From positions 1 to 28,668 of IMG/VR virus record IMGVR_UViG_3300030372_000996: DNA of 28,668 bases, one strand, 5' to 3'. The DNA is from a virus. Its lineage: Duplodnaviria > Caudoviricetes. Both the position numbers and the translations under genes were made by a program. A model generated the notes under the pieces. It searched no databases. It was not told the origin of the DNA and was given only the letters and a program-made list of their open reading frames with translations. Positions 7,472-16,036 of the stretch are shown piece by piece (the stretch's first letter is position 1; every line of letters starts with the position of its first letter).

Positions 7472-7592
7472 ATTAGGTCAAGAGGTTCATTCTAAGGACG
7501 CCACAATAGATGTAAAAGTTGAATACAGTGTGGCAAAGCAAGGACTAGAAACCCTTATCACACGGCTTAGAAATGAAGGATATAACGTATGA
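7413..7592 (+). CDS. Hypothetical protein
   Basis: SD GAGGAG before ATG 7413 (ORF track 7398). ATGA overlap with the next gene. Confidence 0.65.
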   Translation: MDISPRDREIRQTLIQTVDRLGQEVHSKDATIDVKVEYSVAKQGLETLITRLRNEGYNV

Positions 7593-7780
7593 ATTTATTG
7601 AAACAGTTTGAAGATACATTTGGCCGTAAGGCAACCAAAAGTGAAGCACTTAAATTAATGAACTTGTCGGCACAACTAGACAAAGACAAAGTAAGAAAAA
7701 CTTTGCATGGCAATACAAAAAACATATCAGCCGAGAATAAATTTAAACTGCATAAGAATAACGGAAAGAGGGAAAAATAA
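7589..7780 (+). CDS. Hypothetical basic protein
   Basis: SD AAGGA; coupled ORF. Confidence 0.6.
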   Translation: MNLLKQFEDTFGRKATKSEALKLMNLSAQLDKDKVRKTLHGNTKNISAENKFKLHKNNGKREK

Positions 7781-7856
7781 ATCGTGAGGTAGGCATGACC
7801 TGTCTGGGAGAACAGTTTTGCCTCAATAAACTTAGCGAATAAATATGCCTACCCCT
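7775..7856 (-). ncRNA. Candidate structured small RNA
   Basis: Stem GGGGTAGGCAT/ATGCCTACCTC encloses an inner CTGT-tctcccag-ACAG hairpin. Upstream TGnTATCAT at 7871-7863. Confidence 0.35.
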
Positions 7857-7890
7857 GACAGAATGATAACATATCGAAAAGAGCAGTGAA

Positions 7891-8097
7891 ATGGAATATT
7901 ACACATTATTGACCATCGTTTATTCAATAGCTGAACATTCAATGCAGTTTAGCGTATGGTTTCCAAGTGAAGCAGAATGTTGGGATGTCTTGCTTGAAAC
8001 CGGCACGATTTATGATCAGGTAAATGGTGAAGAAGGTTATTGTGACATCAGTGATGTTGTGTCCAAATTAGTTAAACCCAAACTAAGACCTTGGTGA
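7891..8097 (+). CDS. Hypothetical protein
   Basis: 68-aa ORF with a hydrophobic N-terminus, FPSEAEC and a C-terminal KPKLRP. Converges on the endolysin stop. Confidence 0.7.
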   Translation: MEYYTLLTIVYSIAEHSMQFSVWFPSEAECWDVLLETGTIYDQVNGEEGYCDISDVVSKLVKPKLRPW

Positions 8098-8098
8098 A

Positions 8099-8722
8099 TT
8101 ACTCGGTCAACCAACCATAAATCTTTTTGGTTTCCTCTTGCCGGTGTGCTAGGCCGTGATAACCGCCGTTAACTTTTCTGCTAATCGTTTTAATAGTCTC
8201 ATCATCTACACCTTGATCTGCAATAGACATTAGATTGTTCTTGCGAAAGAACCATAAAGCACTTTCGAAAGCATATTCAGTTTCCACCAAAGAAGGGTTC
8301 TCCATGATTTCCGGAATACGCATATCGGACGCAAATGATCTATACCCTCCTTTGCCGGTCAACTGAATGAAACCCCTGCCAATGTAGTCGATGGCATCCT
8401 GTTCCGAAAGATTGCCAAGAGACTTTCGCTTATATACCTTGGCTGCCAACGCTTCAGGGTTCTTTGCGAATGGTTTCGCATCATCGACTGTAGCGAACCT
8501 GGATGGCCAAACTGACTGTATTCTTTCAGGAGTGCTATAATATAAACTTTCCTTGGTTCGCTTAAATCCACCGCTTTCATGGCTTGCTTGGCCAAGTATG
8601 TGCGCTCCTCTCTTGGCTGACAGGTCATAATGTTTGCAGATTGCTTTAGCACTATTACGGCCAAATGCGCCATCTGCAACCGCGCCACACTTGGATTGAA
8701 GTAGTTTCATTGCTGTACTCAT
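8099..8722 (-). CDS. Endolysin, glycoside hydrolase family 19
   Basis: ADGAFGRNS peptidoglycan-binding-like motif; GQASHESGGF..E; YIGRGFIQLTGK; SALWFF; VNGGYHGL. Confidence 0.93.
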   Translation of the reverse strand: MSTAMKLLQSKCGAVADGAFGRNSAKAICKHYDLSAKRGAHILGQASHESGGFKRTKESLYYSTPERIQSVWPSRFATVDDAKPFAKNPEALAAKVYKRKSLGNLSEQDAIDYIGRGFIQLTGKGGYRSFASDMRIPEIMENPSLVETEYAFESALWFFRKNNLMSIADQGVDDETIKTISRKVNGGYHGLAHRQEETKKIYGWLTE

Positions 8723-9120
8723 TTGGTTATCCCCTGTTTCTTCTCGTAGGTTCTGAGCGATCCAATTCCTAGCATTCCACCGAGAACGGTTAAGAGCGTT
8801 GCCATATCAAATTCAGGCAAATCAGGTATTTCTGCACCGGTTAAGGCAACGATAAAAATGATAATAGGCTGACCAACAAAGTGATAGAAAAAAGCAATAG
8901 CACAGACCCAACCAACGCAAGGACGCCACCCACCTTTAAACAGACTTCCAGAAGCCGCTTCTGCCGCATTAACGCTGATCTGTGCCATTTGGACAGCGTT
9001 TGCGTGTTTTTCCGACATCGTTGCGATTTCGTGCGCGAGTGCCGCTTTTTGATCTTTGTCCTCAATGACTTTATCCAGTAGCCCTGAAACTGGTCCTATA
9101 AGACTATTGACGATGCTCAT
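8719..9120 (-). CDS. Holin (GTA 3TM holin family)
   Basis: GWRPCVGWVC and LGGMLGIGSLRTYEK motifs; hydrophobic segments; ATGA overlap with the endolysin. Confidence 0.88.
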   Translation of the reverse strand: MSIVNSLIGPVSGLLDKVIEDKDQKAALAHEIATMSEKHANAVQMAQISVNAAEAASGSLFKGGWRPCVGWVCAIAFFYHFVGQPIIIFIVALTGAEIPDLPEFDMATLLTVLGGMLGIGSLRTYEKKQGITK

Positions 9121-9136
9121 TTTTTAGCCTCCATCT

Positions 9137-9451
9137 TCACTGATTTTTCTCCCTGATTGCGTTTACACCCATGTATCCGACAACCGTACCGGATGCAGCC
9201 ACTACATAAACGCTTGCTATATCTGTAATTAAACTTGCCGCTGTATCGAAACCCAACACGGAAGCTAACAGGATTATGAATGGATATAACACTAAACCCA
9301 AGGCTGACATGGTAACTAGCTTGCGCTCCAGGTTACGTTTGGCGTCTGCATCTTGAATGGTTAATCGTTTATTGAGTACGTCTAATTTAGCAAATTCATC
9401 CTTAGACAATGATCCATCTTTGTCAGTGTCTAGTTTATCAAACTCTGTCAT
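9137..9451 (-). CDS. EF-hand-containing two-TM membrane protein
   Basis: Canonical 12-residue loop DTDKDGSLSKDE, two hydrophobic helices, SD AAGGAG. Confidence 0.8.
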   Translation of the reverse strand: MTEFDKLDTDKDGSLSKDEFAKLDVLNKRLTIQDADAKRNLERKLVTMSALGLVLYPFIILLASVLGFDTAASLITDIASVYVVAASGTVVGYMGVNAIREKNQ

Positions 9452-9557
9452 AACAATATCTCCTTGCTATGCTTAAATTGGTTGTGATTATAATAACCCT
9501 TTTTAAATCATCTGTATATACGGCATAGACGCCACGCTTAATCTGCAACAATTTCAA
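9438..9557 (-). CDS. Hypothetical small protein (39 aa)
   Basis: Manual translation from TTG: MKLLQIKRGVYAVYTDDLKRVIIITTNLSIARRYCYDRV. Bridges both neighbours with short overlaps. Confidence 0.5.
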   Translation of the reverse strand: MKLLQIKRGVYAVYTDDLKRVIIITTNLSIARRYCYDRV

Positions 9558-9708
9558 GGCAAACCACTTCTTGACTTGAGTGCATAATTAATACCCTGCT
9601 TTTCTCGCGTTCTAGTTCACAAGCCTCCACATCGCTGAACGATTTTATCTGATAATATTTCAGATGATCAGTATTAACAAAGTGTAAGAATATAAGAACG
9701 TAAATCAT
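9538..9708 (-). CDS. Hypothetical protein
   Basis: MIYVLIFLHF...FSDVEAC...VVC. Start ATG 9708 in an ATGA overlap. Confidence 0.7.
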   Translation of the reverse strand: MIYVLIFLHFVNTDHLKYYQIKSFSDVEACELEREKSRVLIMHSSQEVVCLEIVAD

Positions 9709-10160
9709 CTGAAATAATCCCTGACATCGAGCCAACCCATATAATGCAAATAAGCCGTTGCTCCAACGAATGTGAAGATCAGCAAAACAATAATGCCGAC
9801 TATTGTTATCATTAACTCTTGTCTTTGGATTGCATCGCGTCTGGCTTGCGCTTCAGCTTCCCTTTTTTCTGCCAAGACTTCGCGCCTTATTTTTAGCAGT
9901 TCCAAGTATTTGCTGCGGCCATAACGTTGCGTAATCCACTCCTTTAATTCTTCTTCACTTTCTGCCGCGTTTCTCAGCTTTGCCCACCTGTCAAAAGCTG
10001 TTTCCGAAGCACTCTTACCAGACACACCTTTTTTCTGGAGTGTTTTCTTGGCTGCATCAGTAGCGTCAAAGAATTGACCGATTTGCTTGCCCATAGAATG
10101 GAGTGACTTACCGGCCGTCAATCCTAATTTGATTGAAGATAATAAACTAACAGGATCGAT
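9705..10160 (-). CDS. Hypothetical membrane protein (coiled coil plus C-terminal TM)
   Basis: ORF track gives 9705..10121. The frame is open to ATC 10160 (IDPVSLLSSIKLGL), which has SD GGGAGA upstream. Confidence 0.75.
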   Translation of the reverse strand: MDPVSLLSSIKLGLTAGKSLHSMGKQIGQFFDATDAAKKTLQKKGVSGKSASETAFDRWAKLRNAAESEEELKEWITQRYGRSKYLELLKIRREVLAEKREAEAQARRDAIQRQELMITIVGIIVLLIFTFVGATAYLHYMGWLDVRDYFR

Positions 10161-10163
10161 TTT

Positions 10164-10586
10164 TTATCTCCCATCAGAATTGATCGGACGTCTTGTAAGA
10201 TATTCTAACGTATTTTCGAGGGTCTTAACTCTAGCTTGCAATTTGACGATCTGATTGAACTGAAGAAGCATTCCGTCAATATCTTCATAAATCACTTCCT
10301 CCAATTCATCAAACGTGCGATAGATTTCATCAATAGTTTCGCCGCCATCTTCTTCAACTTCAATTATATATTCTATAATTTCATCTATTTGTTCTGTATT
10401 TTCTTCAACATCTCTGATCAAATTGGTGCGGTCGGCTTGATTGTTCTGGATAGACAAAACTTCCAGTTCTTCACCAAGGCTTTCAATCGTGCTTGCTTGT
10501 TGGGCAGTCCACCAGATGAAACCTCCGATTTGAGCGATCACTACCCCCACAACCGCTATTGATACCTTTGGCAATTTATCCGACAT
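10164..10586 (-). CDS. N-terminal TM plus acidic coiled-coil protein (possible spanin-like or lysis accessory)
   Basis: Hydrophobic residues ~8-27 followed by a long heptad-rich region. Confidence 0.7.
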   Translation of the reverse strand: MSDKLPKVSIAVVGVVIAQIGGFIWWTAQQASTIESLGEELEVLSIQNNQADRTNLIRDVEENTEQIDEIIEYIIEVEEDGGETIDEIYRTFDELEEVIYEDIDGMLLQFNQIVKLQARVKTLENTLEYLTRRPINSDGR

Positions 10587-10590
10587 CCAA

Positions 10591-10782
10591 TCACCCCATC
10601 AAAGTCATCCGGAGCAACAAGGCAATAATAAATCCGGATGTGGCCAGGTAAATATATTCTAATCGTTTTACCCTATTGAATAAATCACGCATTTGAATAT
10701 CGACAGTAGTTTGCAGCGCAACTAATTGCTTCTCTAAGCCGTCTATGCGTTCATGGGCTGATGCTGCGCTGCGTTTGTTCAT
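10591..10782 (-). CDS. Small coiled-coil plus C-terminal TM protein (XhlA-like)
   Basis: AHERIDGLE...RVKRLE followed by a hydrophobic tail. Confidence 0.7.
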   Translation of the reverse strand: MNKRSAASAHERIDGLEKQLVALQTTVDIQMRDLFNRVKRLEYIYLATSGFIIALLLRMTLMG

Positions 10783-11027
10783 TATTTAGCCGTGTAACCT
10801 TTGCCCGAACTAATAGCTGAATTTACTGCGGTCATATTTTCATCAGTCCAGAAATCTCTAGCAATAGTGAGTTCTAAGTGCCTAACATTACGATCAACAA
10901 TATCCTGTCTTTCTTCTGCATCTTTATCGTCTTGGTTTCCTGCAACAATATCATTTATTAATTCAACAGATTTACCCATTGCATCATAATGTTCTGCGAT
11001 TTGTTCAGAAGTTGGTGTGTCAGTCAT
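10782..11027 (-). CDS. Hypothetical protein downstream of the tail fibre (possible fibre assembly factor)
   Basis: SD AAAGGA; 81-aa ORF; function inferred from position only. Confidence 0.7.
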   Translation of the reverse strand: MTDTPTSEQIAEHYDAMGKSVELINDIVAGNQDDKDAEERQDIVDRNVRHLELTIARDFWTDENMTAVNSAISSGKGYTAK

Positions 11028-11051
11028 CTAATTATCCTTTTCTGTCTAACA

Positions 11052-12701
11052 TTATGCGTTTTCTAGGGCAGTGATTCGTGTTTCTAATTCTTTGATTGTA
11101 GCGACCAAGAGTGGCACTAGCTTGCTTTGGTCAATACCTTGGTATTCTGGGTTGCCATCTTTATCCACTCCATCCTTAGTTCCTGTGACTGCTTCTGGAA
11201 CTACTGTTTGTGCTTGGTGAGCAAGGAATCCATCTACTGTGGTGTCTGCATCTGCAATGAAGTTGAACCGTTTGGGTTCTAGTTGCTTAAGACGTGTTGT
11301 TGCATTTGTAAGTTCAACTACGTTTTCCTTTAGGCGGTAATCTGAAGATGTGTTAAACGCAGTTGATGAACCACTTGCTGATATGCTTCCGACAACGCCA
11401 TTTGGATTACAAATTTGTACAATTGTTCTACTAGAAGTAGAGACTGCTCCAAAATTAGCAGCAATACGAGAATCATCATTTAGTGCTACAAAAAAACCTT
11501 CCAAACTTACATAAGGAGATGGGTCATAACCTCCCGTAGCGCCTCCACTTATTAGACAACCATTAGAAGTAACATAAACCCTAGGCTGACCAGACCCATC
11601 CGACAGCACGATGTTGTTGCTTGAGGTGCGGATATCTAAACTGTGATTGTTACCATCAAACTGACCAACGATTGTATTGTTAGAGCCAGATGTAATATTA
11701 AACCCTGCTTGTGGCCCAACAAAAGTATTGTAAGTTCCTGTCGTAAGATTAAATCCTGCCACTGCTCCAAGAGCAGTGTTATAAGTGTTGGCGTTAGTAT
11801 TAGTATTTTGAGTTGCCAAGGCACCTCGTCCGATCGCCGTGTTCCTCGAAGATTGAGCTTCTGCACTTAATGCTTGATATCCCATTGCAACATTATCACC
11901 ACCGTTTGTATTAAGTGCATCTCCACATAGCCCACCGACAAAAGTGTTTTGTATGGCTGTACTGATTGTCCCGCCTGCATTGTAACCAACAGCAGTATTA
12001 TAAATATCTGTATCTGAAGTTGTATTAGATGATTGAAGTGCAAATGCACCAACTGCAACGTTTCTGTCACCCCGTGTTTCTTGTCCTAAAGCAGTGTATC
12101 CTACAGCAACATTATTATCACCATCTGTAAGAGCATCACCTGATAAAGCACCTACTAAAGTATTTTTTACTCCTGTGTTAATTGCACCTCCTGCTTGATG
12201 ACCTACGGCCGTATTGTCATCACCCGTACTGATTGCCGTTCCTGCATCTTTACCTATGACGACATTATTATTTCCACCTGACGCAATACTATCACCTGCG
12301 TTTTCACCAATCCTGACGTTATCCGTTCCTGCGGTAGCTGTAAGAACATCTGTTCCTGCCGCAAAAGTTACATCGCCACCATCTGATAACGTTACTCTTG
12401 TTGTGCCATCATCTGTTTTAAATACAAGCCCGTCACCATCAGACGCAGAAATCTGACCTGTGGTAATTTGCCATTCGTTCGCGGTTTGATCTAAAACTGC
12501 AACTTGTATAAAAGCGTTATTCGCTTCATTTCTTATGAACAATTTATTATTTGTAGTATCATAAAACCATTGATTTGCAAAAGTTGTACTTGGTGCAGAC
12601 GTTCCAGAATTATTTGTTGCGATTGCTTGCAAAGCATTATTTATATCAGCCCTTGTCGCAGGAAATCCCTGATTAGCTATATTCATATCATGTTGTGCCA
12701 T
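11052..12701 (-). CDS. Tail fibre with NxAVGxxA repeats and a C-terminal peptidase S74 intramolecular chaperone
   Basis: Repeated NTAVG/NVAVG units; SSDYRLKENV, GFLAHQAQTVVPEAV and KLVPLLVATIKEL motifs. Confidence 0.92.
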   Translation of the reverse strand: MAQHDMNIANQGFPATRADINNALQAIATNNSGTSAPSTTFANQWFYDTTNNKLFIRNEANNAFIQVAVLDQTANEWQITTGQISASDGDGLVFKTDDGTTRVTLSDGGDVTFAAGTDVLTATAGTDNVRIGENAGDSIASGGNNNVVIGKDAGTAISTGDDNTAVGHQAGGAINTGVKNTLVGALSGDALTDGDNNVAVGYTALGQETRGDRNVAVGAFALQSSNTTSDTDIYNTAVGYNAGGTISTAIQNTFVGGLCGDALNTNGGDNVAMGYQALSAEAQSSRNTAIGRGALATQNTNTNANTYNTALGAVAGFNLTTGTYNTFVGPQAGFNITSGSNNTIVGQFDGNNHSLDIRTSSNNIVLSDGSGQPRVYVTSNGCLISGGATGGYDPSPYVSLEGFFVALNDDSRIAANFGAVSTSSRTIVQICNPNGVVGSISASGSSTAFNTSSDYRLKENVVELTNATTRLKQLEPKRFNFIADADTTVDGFLAHQAQTVVPEAVTGTKDGVDKDGNPEYQGIDQSKLVPLLVATIKELETRITALENA

Positions 12702-15605
12702 TTAAACGATCTCCTTACCAAATCCTTTAGCCACATAGTCAAGTGTAACTGAGTTTGTACTTGTACTACTACCAGAAAAAACTTCTATATCAAATCCTGC
12801 TCTGGTTTTGTTCGTAATAACATATCTCTCACCATCTGCCAAGTTCGCCAACGACAATCCAATAGCAGGAACACCCTTGAACTTAGTCGGGAAAGTCACG
12901 CTTTTTGTGCCAGTGAAAGTAATGTCAACTTCTGATTGCGTTCGCTCTGGCATATCTATTTCTGCCCTTAGTTCTCTAATAGCAGGAGAAGCCGCGCCAT
13001 TCGTGCATTCTAATATGCAACGAAACTGCATTGCTCTGGCTGTTATATCTGCAACGATGAACGGCTGAAACGCTGTATAAGTTGGTGAACCTGATGGATC
13101 ATCATTAGTGTGACGCAATTCAAACCTTGCTGAAGTTACATCAAATTGGGCAGGATCTCCGTCAAAGTCTCCAAGACGAGCATCAAAGTTGCCAGTGGCA
13201 CTGTCGAAATCATTAACATAATCTAAAAAATCTACTTTAAATTTAGGATATATTCGGCTTGTATATACTTCACCGAAATCAACCGTTGTATTAAAATCAT
13301 ATATACCAGACGCAACTGTGCCAGAAAACCCATCGAATAAACCAAGAGCATCATCAAAGTTTCCTGCACCGCTATCAAATTGATCTACGGTATCCAAAGC
13401 CAGATAATCACCTTCACTGTCCTCTAGCACCACGACATTCGTTCTAGCCCCTGCAAAGACAGGATCTTCTTGTATTGTCTGAATAGCGTTGAAGTTCTCG
13501 ACATTATTAGGATCGACTAGCACAACAAAACTTGCAGCCGCCGCTGAAACACCGCCAATCTTATCAATAGCCTTAATAAAGTAAGTGCCTGTCTTTGCAG
13601 GAACGACTGCCGTGTTTCCAGGTCTGGAAATCTTATCAACTATATCAACTGCGTTTTGATAACTTGCTCCGGATGTTTCTGATGAATAGCGAACCTTATA
13701 ATGTGATAAATCTAAATTGCCTACTGGTGTCCAAGACAAATTCAACGCGTTTCCTGTTACATTACCAGTAAAGTTTGTTACGTTATCTGGTGGACTTGCA
13801 AAGGCTGATAGTTGCTGTCCTGCTGTTGAGGTAAACGGCCCTGCTGCGCCAAAAGCATTAAACGCTCTTGCCCTGACATCATAATTATCATCGCCTAAAC
13901 CATTTACCTCGAATAATCCGTTTCTTTGCTTGCCAACAGAAATAAAATTAGTGTCACTTGTTCTTTTGTATTGAGCCTCAAATTCAACTGCATACGGCTC
14001 GTTTGAAGTTACTTCTATTATAAGAACACCGACCGCTGCTTGGTTAACTATACGCAGATCAAAGTCAACGCCAAGCCCAACAGTTGGGAGATCGGTTGCA
14101 CTTGGGAGAGTTGTCGAGTTTAGTTCAAAGGATATTTCTTCTGCATTCCAATCATAAACGGCTGAACTTATTTCACGCAAAGTCATGGTGACTTCTAGTG
14201 CTTTATCTTGACTTATTCCAAACCGCCAATCTGCAACTTCAAATGTTTTGCTACTAAACCCAAGCCTTGTATTTGTCACACTAACAACATCACCGATTTG
14301 AAGCTGTAAGGCTCTCAATCCAAACGTGCCAGATATTGTTAGCTGTTCTCTATTCTTAAACAGCGCAATCTTTGCAATTCTTTGTGCCATCGTTGATGTT
14401 GATGTAAACGGCAATGGAATGTCTTGAACCACTCTTTCGCCGCCATCTATCGTTTCGAAAGTATCAGAAACAAGTTGCGGAAAGTCTGTCGGCTGATAAT
14501 CTGTTTCTGGCCCTGAAAACATACCAGTAACAGAATTAAAATTATCCCTGCGACTGTGCCGAGTATTTATTTGTAAGTTGCTCCTTAAATCGTCCTCAGT
14601 AAGTGCCAAAACAGATGACGTAAATTCTCCTGCTTTTACACCCCATTGGCCTTGAGTGTAAAATATTGTTCCTGCCATCGATGCAGTCAAATCAGTAATA
14701 ACATCATCAGGTGGTAAAGAAGTGACAAACGATCCGTTAACTGTGTATCGCTTTTCTGTGCCTCCTGCCGATAACGCCACATTTTCATCACAAACATTAG
14801 CGGCTGCGGCAAATATGGTTCTGTTTATTTCTGTTCCATCTACACCAAGACCAAAATCACTCTCTAAGTAATCCATTAAACAAAGTGCAGCATTTGATGT
14901 GAATTCTGCCTGATTTGTATTTCTTGGATCGTTGATTTTTCTACCTTGCACAATCGCGCTGAATACTGGCAATCCTTGAGGGAATACACTCGTATCAAAT
15001 TCAGCCCTGATATAAATATATGCAATATTTTTTGCCTGATGTGCAGTTGTCCATGCGCTATCTTCTGCTACTAAATCAGCATCGGCAGCCTGATTATTAT
15101 CGCCTAAATGCTTGTTTATTCGTAGCGCAGAATTAACAACAGCCCCATCTGCATCTTTGATCTGGAAAGCATCATTAGTGACAAAACCATTTCCGTCTAA
15201 AGTCAGCGCAACATTATCGGCAAATACTGTGCCAATCGCATTACATTCATGTCCTGCAAGTGCAATCAATGTATGCAAAAACTTCTGATCGTCTGTAATA
15301 GAGCGATAAAACACAACGCCACCCACACGCTGTTCACCGTATATAATTGCATGATCCGAGGCAGGAGCGACAGCGTTGACATTTGTTCCATACCCCTTTT
15401 GTGCGGCTGCAACTGATGCCGCCGCAGACCTAGCCTTTGCCAAACTTTTCTTTTGCAGTGCATTGATAGCATAAGCAGTGACAGCCGTGTAAGCTGCATA
15501 TCCTGCAACCGTTGCAATAGTGGTTCCCAGAATTGCAGTTGCGCCTATAGTTCCGGCGGCTGTTCCCAATATCGCCCCTGCCGCTGCAATAAATATCTGA
15601 ACCAT
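12702..15605 (-). CDS. Central tail tip / host-specificity protein (gpJ-like with FN3 domains)
   Basis: IIYGEQRVGG, VQGRKINDPR, SNAALCLMDYL, AAANVCDE and AQRIAKIAL motifs; FN3-like YDVRARAFNAFG. Confidence 0.9.
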   Translation of the reverse strand: MVQIFIAAAGAILGTAAGTIGATAILGTTIATVAGYAAYTAVTAYAINALQKKSLAKARSAAASVAAAQKGYGTNVNAVAPASDHAIIYGEQRVGGVVFYRSITDDQKFLHTLIALAGHECNAIGTVFADNVALTLDGNGFVTNDAFQIKDADGAVVNSALRINKHLGDNNQAADADLVAEDSAWTTAHQAKNIAYIYIRAEFDTSVFPQGLPVFSAIVQGRKINDPRNTNQAEFTSNAALCLMDYLESDFGLGVDGTEINRTIFAAAANVCDENVALSAGGTEKRYTVNGSFVTSLPPDDVITDLTASMAGTIFYTQGQWGVKAGEFTSSVLALTEDDLRSNLQINTRHSRRDNFNSVTGMFSGPETDYQPTDFPQLVSDTFETIDGGERVVQDIPLPFTSTSTMAQRIAKIALFKNREQLTISGTFGLRALQLQIGDVVSVTNTRLGFSSKTFEVADWRFGISQDKALEVTMTLREISSAVYDWNAEEISFELNSTTLPSATDLPTVGLGVDFDLRIVNQAAVGVLIIEVTSNEPYAVEFEAQYKRTSDTNFISVGKQRNGLFEVNGLGDDNYDVRARAFNAFGAAGPFTSTAGQQLSAFASPPDNVTNFTGNVTGNALNLSWTPVGNLDLSHYKVRYSSETSGASYQNAVDIVDKISRPGNTAVVPAKTGTYFIKAIDKIGGVSAAAASFVVLVDPNNVENFNAIQTIQEDPVFAGARTNVVVLEDSEGDYLALDTVDQFDSGAGNFDDALGLFDGFSGTVASGIYDFNTTVDFGEVYTSRIYPKFKVDFLDYVNDFDSATGNFDARLGDFDGDPAQFDVTSARFELRHTNDDPSGSPTYTAFQPFIVADITARAMQFRCILECTNGAASPAIRELRAEIDMPERTQSEVDITFTGTKSVTFPTKFKGVPAIGLSLANLADGERYVITNKTRAGFDIEVFSGSSTSTNSVTLDYVAKGFGKEIV

Positions 15606-16036
15606 TAGTCAACGCTCCAAAACAAATCATTCTCATCTATTATAGAGAATACCATGCCATCGCTTCCCAAGAAAGCCGCTAAATCACTTGTAACTACTCC
15701 AAGTAAAATAGGCATTATTCCGATAGTCTGATCAACTGGCCGTCCAACTATCGAACCTCTTGGTGGAAATCTTCCGGTAAATCGTTCTAATCTATCATCG
15801 AGCATGTCAATTACTGTGTCATATTCTTGAGTGTATAATAATTTTCTATATTTCCTAAATGCACCTGTCGCAGTTGTATAATCACCAATCCAATCATCTG
15901 CAAAACTTTGACCTCTAATTACTTCTGCACACTTGTTTACAAAAGTCAGACAATCATGTTCGCCCCAAACAAAAGGATAATCTTGCAAGCTGTTCACATA
16001 TTCAGCTAACTTAATATCCCAATTTGGAACACGCAT
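15605..16036 (-). CDS. Tail-associated NlpC/P60-like protein (DUF6950-like)
   Basis: PFVWGEHDCLTFV motif; located between hub and tip. Start MRVPNWD abuts the upstream stop. Confidence 0.8.
   Translation of the reverse strand: MRVPNWDIKLAEYVNSLQDYPFVWGEHDCLTFVNKCAEVIRGQSFADDWIGDYTTATGAFRKYRKLLYTQEYDTVIDMLDDRLERFTGRFPPRGSIVGRPVDQTIGIMPILLGVVTSDLAAFLGSDGMVFSIIDENDLFWSVD

Noticed and set aside
8359-8688. Embedded ORF in the endolysin as an Rz1-like spanin
   Set aside because: No convincing signal peptide or lipobox.
11052-12701. Tail fibre as a diversity-generating retroelement target
   Set aside because: No reverse transcriptase, and no template/variable repeat pair was seen.
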